A DNA stretch of 64,000 bases from Meyerozyma guilliermondii (taxonomy: Eukaryota): NCBI GenBank assembly GCA_051546255.1, contig CP128819.1, positions 1,054,001 through 1,118,000 of the forward strand, in the 5' to 3' direction. Shown here in pieces: positions 1 to 9,986 of the stretch (position 1 is its first letter; the number at the start of each line of letters is the position of its first letter). Below the pieces are notes generated by a model. It did not search any database. It was not told the DNA's origin and was given only the letters and a program-made list of their open reading frames with translations. Position numbers and translations under genes: made by a program.

Positions 1-2
1 TC

Positions 3-173
3 TGGTTGTGTTGTATAGCGATTCATGTGATATGTACTGGTTTTTGGTTAAACATTGTAAAGGATTCCCCTCGATATGAGGATCCATGGTGTATGAATTA
101 TAGCTTACTTTGTCTTATTGGGTGGCTTGTGTCATGTTATGGGGTTTACGATGTCTACCGCCAAGCAGAGTAA
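3..173 (+). CDS. 3' part of an A-type small membrane protein of the accessory array (runs off the window start)
   Basis: Frame from nt 3 reads WLCCIAIHVICTGFWLNIVKDSPRYEDPWCMNYSLLCLIGWLVSCYGVYDVYRQAE*. This aligns to WLxSAxFHVI..AIW....RY of the other A genes, and the shared 3' module TAATACAACTA.AAAGATTC follows. Confidence 0.75.
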   Translation, partial: WLCCIAIHVICTGFWLNIVKDSPRYEDPWCMNYSLLCLIGWLVSCYGVYDVYRQAE

Positions 174-294
174 TACAACTATAAAGATTCTTCGTTACAT
201 CGTTTAGTACTTATATTTGCAGCTAGTCAGTGAATTGATATGTTTATCTTTAGTAATTGTATTTTTCGTCAGCGTACTGCCCCTTTTAAACAGC

Positions 295-480
295 ATAGCT
301 TTCTATTTGGTTGCAAATTCAGCCGCACGCTGCGGCCTAACGATAAGAGGCTGCATATATACGAAGGTGTGGCTTTTACCGAGACAAATTGTACACCAGT
401 ACACCAAAGGATTCCTTATGACCGACCTTTTCACAGTATCACTCTAGAGCTCTTAATACTTTAAGCAAGTGATGCCAATG
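295..480 (+). repeat. Array inter-gene module C (stem-loop plus TATATA), copy 1
   Basis: TTGGTTGCAAAwTCAGCCG...CGATA..GGCTGCATATATACGAAGGTG recurs at about 3527-3600 and 6419-6490, with partial copies at about 11680 and 14270. Confidence 0.8.
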
Positions 481-583
481 AACAATTTCAAGAGATTATA
501 TCAAGTATTCTACTTCTAGGATTTAGGTGATAAAAGACCATTGATCGTAGGTTTTGTTGGTGTTATATGCAGGAATTCCCGGA

Positions 584-967
584 TCTTGAAATCCTACCAG
601 GTCTGACATAATCAATTATTAAGTAATTCTAATTTAGGAAGTGGAAGTTTGTAGAATTGATGACTATTAACTAATTAGTTAAACGATGATTCTTCATCAT
701 GGGATGAGCCCATATTTATAGTCAGTCGAGTAGACTGTTTAGGAAGTTTCCGAAAATATTTCCAAAGAGTGAACCGATTCCGATTCTTCCTCATTGGGTT
801 GAGATTCAGCCGGATCGGTTCATAAGTGTTGATATTCCGTCTCGGCGATCATTGTCTTGAACTAGACGACGACTAATTAGTCTTAGGAGTTCGACGACGA
901 TATCTTCGTCTTCTATCGTCTAATCCGCTAGATTTGAGAATTGGTGCGGACACCTCATATTTCAACA
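584..967. mobile_element. Probable solo LTR (384 bp) of an LTR retrotransposon
   Basis: Ends TcTTGAAAT (584) ... ATTTCAACA (967) are inverted termini of the TG...CA type with one mismatch. Flanks CCGGA (579-583) and CCGGG (968-972) match 4/5, as a target-site duplication would. Internal TATA word on the minus strand at 709-721; no long ORF. Confidence 0.65.
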
Positions 968-1188
968 CCGGGTTTAGTGTTATATGCAGTGCCTATGGCT
1001 GCTAATATGTCTATCGATGATAAAGTGATACATCATCAACCCCATTTGATAAGGAGGGTGACCTCTGATCTGCATGCAGATACGGTGGCAAAATTGGTGG
1101 TATCCCCGCTTTGCCAAGCTATAAATATGGGACCCATTCCAGGGGATAAATTCCAATCCTTTATCTCATTAATACTTCTTGATCAGAA

Positions 1189-1638
1189 ATGGAAAATATG
1201 ACACCAGAAAAGGAAGGAATGAACGTAATTGAGCCCGGAACTAAGCCCGGAATTATACCCCAAGCTACGCCCGACTTTCCATATTGGAGAATGTGGCCAT
1301 TTGGGTATATTTCATTAATTTTTTTATATGGGGTCCCATATTTGTTCCATGATTTCTTCGAAGAAAAGATCGATGCTCCGGATGGAGCCGAGCTTACTTG
1401 TTTTATCTGGTGTGCGGTGTTAACTATCGACCAGTTTGGTGCCCTAAAAGCTTCCTTGAAACGTAAGCAATTAAAAAGATTTTTACACGGATTATTCACT
1501 TTGGCTATTTGCTTGTGGGTATCGTACGACTCCCACTATCGGCTAGAACATTCAACGTATGAAACTAGATTTGATGTTTATGCTTCATGTCGAGCTGTGA
1601 TTGTTGCCTTTATCATGAGATATGCTAAGTTCTGGTAA
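1189..1638 (+). CDS. B-type small membrane protein (149 aa), unknown family
   Basis: ATG ORF with 3-4 hydrophobic segments and FIWC motif; promoter AGCTATAAATATGGG; flanks duplicated with the next gene. Confidence 0.7.
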   Translation: MENMTPEKEGMNVIEPGTKPGIIPQATPDFPYWRMWPFGYISLIFLYGVPYLFHDFFEEKIDAPDGAELTCFIWCAVLTIDQFGALKASLKRKQLKRFLHGLFTLAICLWVSYDSHYRLEHSTYETRFDVYASCRAVIVAFIMRYAKFW

Positions 1639-1914
1639 TTTTGTGTTTGTAATGGCTAGACTTGAAATGAGTGGATCTCCGTTCATTTCTTTTGCTAAAA
1701 TTGGGTATCAAACATTTGCTCTCCTTAGTTAAATATGTTTTCTGATTTATATATGTTTGATACCGTTCGTCTTAGAATGTCTAGATGCTAAAGTGATGCA
1801 TCATCCATCACGGAGAAGTAACCCCGCATTGCCACCAGCTATAAATATGGGTAGCTCGCACCACGTAAATCTCAACCTTCATCTCATTAATACTTCTGAA
1901 TTTTTCGATCAAAA

Positions 1915-2265
1915 ATGGAAAATACGACTACAACAATTACAGCCGTGACTCTGGATGACTGGAGAGCAGACTTGAATGCAACACTATTACTGATTGTAGA
2001 TATCCTTCTGGTACGCCAGGAGGCATACCCTGGTGAAGTTGAAAGAGTGATTAAAGTTCCGAATTATATCTGGTTTGTGATTACAGTCATTTTTGTGGTA
2101 ATGATTTCAAGAGAGTTGAATGCCCTAATCGTTGCCTTTCGACGTGACCCAAAATTGTTTATACTCAACTTAATCATTGTTGCGTGCATTTTGGCATGTT
2201 TTTTCGCTTACCTTTACTACTTCCCAGTACAGAGACCAACTATAACCGGGATTTTCGATGTTTGA
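1915..2265 (+). CDS. B-type small membrane protein (116 aa), unknown family
   Basis: ATG ORF with three hydrophobic segments and PNYIWF motif; N-terminus TTT..LDDWR resembles the 6732 gene; 5' and 3' flanks closely match those of 1189..1638. Confidence 0.7.
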   Translation: MENTTTTITAVTLDDWRADLNATLLLIVDILLVRQEAYPGEVERVIKVPNYIWFVITVIFVVMISRELNALIVAFRRDPKLFILNLIIVACILACFFAYLYYFPVQRPTITGIFDV

Positions 2266-3023
2266 ATTATTAGCCATATTAGCTGTGAAATAATGCTGAG
2301 CTATAATAATGTTTGGAACGGCTTAAATTGACTGGAAATGAGTGGATCTCCGTTCATTTCCTTCGCTAAAATTGGGTATCCAACATTCGCTCTCCTTAGC
2401 TAAATATGTTTAGCTTTATTGAACAAGAATTGAAACTTATCAATTCATTGCAATACTCACGAGCTACGATGTGAATGCAAGACAATTCTTTCTGCCTTAT
2501 CCTGAAAATTAAAGATCGAGAGCCAGATTATTACTTTGAAATGCTAGTATCGAAAGTCAAAAAAATTGACCATGGACTGGTCAATATAACGGTAAGTACC
2601 TCCTAAATTTACTCGTCAATCACTAATAGAATTGCAAGTTGGCCACGTTCTCTAGTGGTACTGCTGTGGGAGAGTAAATTACGGAAATTTTGCAAAATTC
2701 TAAAATGTTGAGAATTGTGAGCACTTATATGGAATAACACACCTGCCGTGGAACAGTAAAAAGTACCCTACATTTACAAAGAATGGAACTAGTTGGGTCT
2801 TTAAAGTGGGTATGCGTGAAATAGAAGGTAGAAGGAGAAATTGAGAGAGTGAAGTGATCGGAACGTATAAGAAATTGAGTAGAAAAGATCAGTTGTGCGA
2901 TAGTCATTTTCAGGTGCTTTGACCTGCGGAAGCTTCGAATTTTTTCACGGCTCTAGGTTTGGCAGATTATTGGTATGTTTACTTATGAATGAGCTTCGCA
3001 GGTCACCTCTGATTAGTTGACAA

Positions 3024-3494
3024 ATGGAAGAAAAAATGACCAAAGAAACTACAGAAGAAAAAAAAATGACCAAAGAAACTACAGAAGAAAAAAAAATGAC
3101 CAAAGAAACTATGGAAAAAATGACTGAAGAAACTATGGGGGAAAAATGACTGAAGAAACTGTGGGAATGACTACAGAAACTGGAGCTGAGACTCTGCATA
3201 AACTTGGGCACACGATAAGGGAAATTTTATTGGGCCTTGTATATTTCCTTTATTTAGCCTCCATGACGATGTCATCTTACTACAACGCTGACATAAAGAA
3301 AAATGATGAGGCTCCTCGCGGTTATCTCCGGATCAGTTCTGCAGTTTGTCTTGGGTAATGCCATTTGGATTGATAGCATAATTGCTTCCATTCGATATAA
3401 GGTTATAGTAGGAGGACTTGAATTGAACTTGATTTGGCTTGTGGTGTTCGTTGCATCATTAGGTTCCTTGACTTACAATGGCTACATATCATAG
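3024..3494 (+). pseudogene. A-type small membrane protein with two frameshifts
   Basis: ATG at 3024 follows the conserved 5' module. MTKETTEEKK repeats lead to TGA at 3147 (one base short in the G/A run); a second shift at about 3352. The pieces align to the intact 16506 gene. Confidence 0.75.
3031..3110 (+). repeat. 30-bp coding tandem repeat (2.7 copies)
   Basis: AAAAAATGACCAAAGAAACTACAGAAGAAA twice exactly, plus 20 bp. Confidence 0.95.
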
Positions 3495-3847
3495 TCATGA
3501 CATCAAAGGTTGGTGAGCTTTCCTACTTGGTTGCAAAATCAGCCGCGCGCGGCGCGCTAAGCCCACACGATACGAGCTGCATATATACGAAGGTGCAGCT
3601 TTTTCTGAGCCAAGGTGTACATGTAAAACCAAAAGATCTACTATTTCGCTTGTTACCTGGCATTCTTACAGCGTAGATAATCACCTAATTGCTTTTGAAT
3701 ACCTAGTGAGATCAATGAAGTTAATTTTGAGACATAATAAGTCTTCTGCTTTTTATATTTCAGGCATGGATAGTTGTTGAGCTACGCAGGAGTTCCATTA
3801 GATATTCATCGTGATATGGCACAAGGACAGTATCGCCGGGTAATGGT

Positions 3848-5227
3848 TCCACGCTCTGAAGAGAAGAAAATTTTCAATAATGAATCAAGCAAACAATTTG
3901 AATTACTAATTATAAACTATTATAGGATCTAAGGGATAAATTGACTGAATCTAGAAGATTTTGATCGATGTTTACGGATCGGATGCCTTATTAGAAGGCA
4001 CTATATCACCAATATAGTGTTCGAGTAGATAGATATAGCTCACGCAACATTACACCCACGGTGAAAGACATCATCACGTAATCGGTTAATAATCCAACAA
4101 TTGTCACGTGGCTCATAACGCGGTTGCAAAATATATTTTCGCATTTGTACTTGATTTCATCTTGATCATGAGAACGCCACCAGTGCAAGGAATGACTCCC
4201 CCGCAAGCGGAAGAGCTGAATCCACTCCAATTGGAAGGAATGACTCCACAACAAATGGTAGAAGGGATTAGACAACTTCTTGAAGAGAGACGACAACTTA
4301 ATGAAGAAAAGATTAGACAACTTAATGAAAAGAGTCGACAACTTGAAGAGAATCGACAACTACTTGAAGAGAGACGACAACTTAATGAAGAAAAGATTAG
4401 ACAACTTAATGAAAAGAGTCGACAACTTGAAGAGAATCGACAACTTAAAGAAGAGATTCGGCAAAAAAGGGAAGCGATTATGAGAAAAGTGACTAGACCA
4501 TAAACGAGAGAAGTGTTTACCCCTCGAATGGATGAAACTACGCCCCAGATTCTGGAAAACCTGTTACTAGCGTGGCAATGTATTCCAGAATTCCTTTGTC
4601 TACTTCAGGTCGTGTTCTCCGTCTTCTCCGAGAATCCAGAGATCAAATTTATCTCTGGATCTGTTTTGCATTGATTTATGCGTGGCTCATGAAAAATCGG
4701 ATACTTTCCGAATACGCTTCTTATAAGCATAAGGCGCCATTAACGGATAGCTTATTATCTGCTGCCGTATGCTTTGTGACATGTCTTTTCGCTTTCTACT
4801 TCTACTGCCAATCGCAGAATCCAACTATATCAAGAATTCTCGCTTCATGTCTGTTAACAATTCTTGGCAGCACATCGGAAACAAATCTGCTTTATCATTT
4901 ACGTGTGAATGGAGTGGTTAGAAATGGCTTGAAATTCTGGACCACAGTCCGATTCCTTCGCTACAATTGCTAATATCGAGCATTTGCTATCATATTGTTG
5001 GATTATGAGCTAATTGCGTTATCCTTCACCGTGGGCGTTGTGTGAGCTATGAAATCCACTAACGCCATCTTGGTGGTACAGTGTCTTCAAGGTATGCAAT
5101 CCATGATCAAAATTTTCCTAGACTCGTTCGATTTAATTCTTGAAGCATAATAGTGTTCTAGCTAGTAATCTAAACTGTTTTGCTTAAATTTCCCATAATT
5201 TTCTTCTCTTTATAGAGTGTATGGAAG
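3848..5227. repeat. Long imperfect inverted repeat (about 3848-4100 and 4996-5227) enclosing a B-type gene
   Basis: Left-arm words GAAGAGAAGAAAATT, TATCACCAATATAGTGT, ATAGCTCACGCAAC, CCCACGGTGAA and ATAATCCAACAA occur reverse-complemented (some imperfectly) in mirror order in the right arm, e.g. TTGTTGGATTAT, TTCACCGTGGG, GTTGTGTGAGCTAT, TTTTCTTCTCTT. Confidence 0.85.
4168..4973 (+). pseudogene. B-type membrane protein with coiled-coil N-terminus; nonsense codon plus frameshift
   Basis: Paralog of 15064..15759. TAA at 4501 where the paralog has CAA, and a frameshift near 4645 just before IYLWIC. Contains an 84-bp tandem duplication (RQLLEERRQLNEEKIRQLNEKSRQLEEN x2, about 4271-4446). Confidence 0.75.
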
Positions 5228-5685
5228 TCATATGATTGACTTATTAACTGGACAAGTTTTACGGAAAAACAGACCAAGAAAAGTTTTGCAACTAATTTAC
5301 AGTTATTCTGTGGTACAATGCAACCTTTGTTCCTACATGATCGGGATCAGGAGCCCGGTGGCCGAAAACAGCAGTGATGTACCCCAACTGGGTAACTTTC
5401 AGATCTGTTGTGAAAATTTTGCCTATTTCGTAAAAAGAGAGTGAGGAAGAGAAAGAAAAGGAAAGTATAAGGAAAATTGAGAGAATGAAGTCACGGAAAG
5501 TGTAAGGACTAACTAGAGTAAAAAAGATAGCAGAACCAGTAGGCTGGACACTACGATATTTATTTTCAGGTGCGTTTGAGCTGCTATAATAAGCCACCAC
5601 CTTTTTTCACGACTAAGGTTTGGCAAATTATTTGTACGTTTACTTATAAGTTGCTTTGATCGCAGCTCTGATAATTAGTTCACCA

Positions 5686-6091
5686 ATGGAGAAACAATTG
5701 ACTGAAGAAACTATGGTGGAAAAAAAGATCGAAACAACCTATTGGGGAAATAGAAACTGGAGCCGAAATTCTGCAGAAAAAAAGGCACACAATAAGGGAA
5801 TGGTTAATGATCCTTGCATTCTTCCTTTATGCAGCCTCGTTAGGGTTGGCACTTAACTGTAAAGATGACTTCAACAAGAAAACTGATGAGGTAGAGACTC
5901 TTCGCGATGATCTCTGGATCAGTTCTGTAGTTTGTCTTGTGATCGGTACTGCTATTTGGATCGATATCATAATCGCCTCCATTCGATATAAGTTTCCAAT
6001 CGGAGGACCTCATATGAGCGTATATTTGCTTGGCTTCGGAGCTTTAGCAATATGTTTTTTGACTTGGGCTGGCTACCCCTATGCAGAGTAA
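5686..6091 (+). pseudogene. A-type small membrane protein with a single +1 frameshift
   Basis: ATG at 5686 follows the conserved 5' module. Removing one A at about 5733 restores EQPIGEIETGAEI.QKKRHTIREWLMILAFFLYAASLG..., which aligns to the 16506 gene; conserved 3' module follows. Confidence 0.75.
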
Positions 6092-6731
6092 TACAACTAC
6101 AAAGATTCTCGCTTTTTGTTATTTACCAATGATATTAGAGCTTATAAGTGAATGAATATGATCGTTAGTATTTGTATTTTACGTACTGTCCGTCTCGAAG
6201 AGCGACCTTTAAGTCCACGACCTATGATTCTTCATGCATTGTGCCATTTAATGTAGGCGATGCATAAATGCAGATGCACAATCACCCGACTCATTTGGAC
6301 TAGAAGCTATTTTAGGTTACTCAGCTGCTCAAATGTACTCAGAAACCACCGTATCACAATCTATAAGACATAACATAGTCATGAAACGTCAAAGAATGGT
6401 GACCACATACCATCCTACTTGGTTGCAAAATCAGCCGTGCAGCTAGCAAGCCTCACGATACGCGGCTGCATATATACGAAGGTGCTGCTTTCGACCAAAT
6501 TGAGGGAGCGTAACACCAAATCTACTAAGCTTATAACTGACATTTTATAGAGTATAGTATAAATCACTCTTAAGTGCGATCAATGATATAATTTCGAGAC
6601 ATGACTTTCTGCTATTAAAATTAATTGCATAGCTGCACTTTCTCAGCCGTTCAAGTTGCATTCGACCGGGACACGACCTACATATAAAAGACCTCTTGTC
6701 GCATTGTACTGTTGTAATTTTTCTTGATAAA

Positions 6732-7115
6732 ATGGTAAAACTGACAACCACTAGAGCCGCTCTGAATGACTGGAGAGTTATCAAGATTGGAGTGCTCAAG
6801 GTGATTTTGATAATCCTTACTATATCTCCGTGGGCATTCCCTGGTATCGTCAAAAAAGAGATTAGAATTTCGGGTTATATCTGGTTTGGTGCTGCACTCG
6901 GTTTTGGGATGTATACAAAAACACGGATATGGGCTGCAAAAGCTTCCTTTCAACGTAGGGAGCAATTAGGATTGTTTATGCTGAAGTTTGTTTCTGTTGT
7001 TGTGTGCATTGTGACAATTTGTTTCGCTTTCATTGACTACCGCTCACAGAATCAAACTATATCTAATATTGTCGAATTATGTAAACTTGTAATTCTTAGC
7101 GGCATATTGAGATAA
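6732..7115 (+). CDS. B-type small membrane protein (127 aa), unknown family
   Basis: First ATG of the ORF, preceded by TATAAAAG; SGYIWF motif; C-terminus (YRSQNQTIS) matches YCQSQNPTIS and FCQSQTLTI of the 4168 and 15064 genes. Confidence 0.7.
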   Translation: MVKLTTTRAALNDWRVIKIGVLKVILIILTISPWAFPGIVKKEIRISGYIWFGAALGFGMYTKTRIWAAKASFQRREQLGLFMLKFVSVVVCIVTICFAFIDYRSQNQTISNIVELCKLVILSGILR

Positions 7116-7371
7116 TCAATTCAATGTGAATACATGTGATCCACCTTATACCTGGAAGTTATGGATCGAAAATCGTTCATTAACTTGGTATGCTTGTAGG
7201 GAAGTAAATAGGTCTTATAACTGGATAAGATTCTTGTTGATCTCCAATAAAATGGTTACTTTTCAGACTTATTCAGATATGAGCAGCTGAAAGAGACTAA
7301 GGAAGAGGTTTGAGCCAATTTCAAATTAAATAACTACATTATAACTCTATCTTTATTTCCTCTTGTTTCCT

Positions 7372-8448
7372 TCACTTTCCAATCTTGATCAAGTGGTCCA
7401 AATCCTGTTCCACCGCATCACAAAACTAGTCAGTAAAGCAAACTTGGGTTTTCATTCAATCTTATAGTCATTGTCACCACGAGACCTGGAATAGTACCCC
7501 AGTAGTATGTTGCAAATACGTCTCCATTCTTGAGTTGAACAACTGGATCGGGTTAAAGTTCTTGCACCTTGTCAGTTTTCAGAAGTTTACCTCTGTAAAG
7601 TACCTCACCACTTTTTCTGACAATTTCACTTTCTGACAATTTCACTTTCTGACAATTTTCACTTTCTGACATTTTCTCCAAATTCTCGAATTCAGTGGAT
7701 TCTTCACTGGGAGTACGCTCATTCTTCGGAGCCAAGAACCAAAATAATAGCCCCCTCTACCCTAAGGAATGTTCTCGACCGCCACGAGCTTGTAAAGAAC
7801 CACCTTATAAAGCTCTCCCAAGTGGATGTGAATATGACTCCAGATAGCTTCTCCAGAATACACCGAAAATGGACCATTGTTCTTGACACTAGCCTTGATC
7901 AATTCTAGAATCTGGACCGAATTGACCTTGTCGTAGCCATGGCTGATACCAAAAATAAGCGATGGACAAATAACAGCAGTTTTGACTTGCGGTTTTTTCT
8001 GGCTTTCCAAGTTGAGCTTGTCGACCGATGAGGAGCATCGTCGAATCAGGTTAATTTCGTCAATGCCTTTTCGTCAGTCTTTTAGTGTGGGTCGTTTGTT
8101 GGCATCGAAGGTTTCACCCAATACTAAAGTTCCTGAGGTATGAATGAGAATAGTTAAGTATGAATGAAAATAGTTGGTTCTTTTTTCGCAGCCAATGCAT
8201 TGCGGAACACTTCCGCACTGGGAACATGGTCAATATTAGCAGTATTATTAAAAATTTCAGTTGCACGAACTTGCTCCTCGATCAGTCCAATTCGTCAAGC
8301 TGTCCAATTACCATCTGGACTTTTTTCCGTAGCTTTTTTGAGTTTTTGGCTTTTTCTTCCGATCTCACCAACCAGTAAAAATTCTTGAAGCAATTGAAAA
8401 GTTGGTAACTCTTCTCCTATCGGTGGCACCTGTAATCTTTGCTAGCAT
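7372..8448 (-). pseudogene. Degenerate NAD-dependent epimerase/dehydratase (extended SDR) pseudogene
   Basis: Minus-strand fragments in family order: KITGAT (Rossmann start), NTANIDHVPSA, LIHTSGTLVLG, VKTAVICPSLIFG...SVQI...WSHIHI, GYYFG, WGT..SRSRGD. Multiple stops and frameshifts. Confidence 0.7.
7608..7677. repeat. 16-bp minisatellite (about 4 copies) inside the pseudogene
   Basis: CACTTTCTGACAATTT units in tandem. Confidence 0.9.
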
Positions 8449-9279
8449 AGTCAAATTGGAAATCAGGGTCTAATAATTAGGGTCTAATAATTGGGGTAAT
8501 AAATTTGGGTTATAAATGAGGGCCTTATCCTTGGCTTTATAGGGTCTCTTGACGGTACTGGAACATTTTTGCTGCTTCACTCGCTTGATGACACACGTGA
8601 ACCAGCTGTGTTACTGTTCCGATAAAGACACCGAAGAATTCCACTTTGGACGTTCTTGCGGAATAATTGCTTAACAAAGTATCGGTTCCCGGCGCTTACT
8701 CATACTCCTAGAAATATAAATACCCCATATTTCATTGCCTAACTATGGTTTTGTGAACGGCACTTGAAAAGGTTAAAGTAAACCAAACGAAATTGGTTCA
8801 TAAATTCATTCACTATTAGTTTTGTTGGTGGATGAACTTTTCAGAATTCTCATTTAAACCGTGGAAAAGGTCCATACACCGCAATAGTGGCCGGTAAGTG
8901 CCAAGCAAGGTTCGTATCACAATTGTCTGAAGGATTTGAGGAGTAGCTCCTCAATTGAAGTCTTCATCCCCACTCTTTTCGTATTTTTAGAATTTTTTGT
9001 TGGATCTCGGACTTAATTTTTCCTGTTTCAAGCTGCCGCAGCATTGTTGGATTCTCGGCCGTAATCTGACGATTCCGAATACTTTGCATCTTAGAGTTAA
9101 AATCACCCAGATTAAGTTGGTATTGGGTGTAAAAATAATCCGAACCTTGAACTCATTTCTCCGAAACGAATAAACCAAATTTAATTTTGATTTGACTGGA
9201 AGATAAGTTCGAAAGCAAGTGAGATCGATAGTAACAAATAGGGGGATTTTCCTTTTCAAAATCCACAAAATGGTCTACA

Positions 9280-9960
9280 CGTTCTCTCCCCGCATACTCT
9301 TGCAGCAGATCGTTTCGGAAAATCGGCGTTGCATCCATACACCAACTCGTAACGGAATATTTGCTGCATATTATGACCACATTTTTAGTCGTAGATGGCG
9401 CAATCAATAATGCGATGCAGGACATCCAGCGTTTTTTTCATCACTATCTGCACGATTACCTAACATTTGGGTTCCGAACTCACGATCCCCGCTATTGTTA
9501 ATGCAACCTATGCATATACCCCATTTTTTTGTGAAATTATCTGAGGGGAGGACTTGGCGAGTAAGAAAACATTATGCATGCTGAGATATACTGTGAACTC
9601 TGGGCCTCGGAAGTAAAACTCTTCCGAAATAACATTTAAATATAGTACGCCTTGAATTGTGTCATTTTCGCATTTTTGGCAATAGGCGTCGAACCAATGG
9701 TCTATTCAGCCGGCACCAAATAACTACTGTTCAGCCAAATTTGAGGTACTATGATTGTATCAACAAAAATGTATAAGCCGTCGATTGACCGGGTCAATCG
9801 GCGTTATCGGATTTTCCTAATGCATGCACCCCGCATGAGTGGAAAAACAATTTATTTTTTGTCGCATACAGCCCCACTTCCAAAGCTGCAAATTCATCCA
9901 ACTCGATCGCAACCAAGATACCAGAAGTGTCGGCTCGGCAGTCTATAAAAGGATGCAAGT
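9280..9960 (+). promoter_or_regulatory. Putative glucose-regulated promoter of the sugar transporter
   Basis: Several CCCCGC/CCCCAC words (Mig1-type SYGGRG, reverse) at about 9287, 9487, 9829, 9872; CGGA-AT-rich words (Rgt1-like) at about 9316, 9352, 9608; TATAAAA at about 9944. Confidence 0.45.
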
Positions 9961-9986
9961 TCGTTGAGGATTTTATCGAAAAATCA

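Noticed and set aside
217..464. Short ORFs over module C (217-447, 240-464, 3434-3676) with a shared CIYTKV peptide
   Set aside because: Non-ATG starts and frame not preserved in the third copy; the similarity reflects the DNA repeat. A micro-peptide cannot be fully excluded.
3848..5227. Inverted-repeat centromere
   Set aside because: Arms and core are far shorter than known yeast IR centromeres, the core is a gene, and the unit is duplicated nearby.
8987..9425. Short ORFs upstream of the sugar transporter
   Set aside because: No motifs, overlapping frames on both strands; the region reads as promoter.
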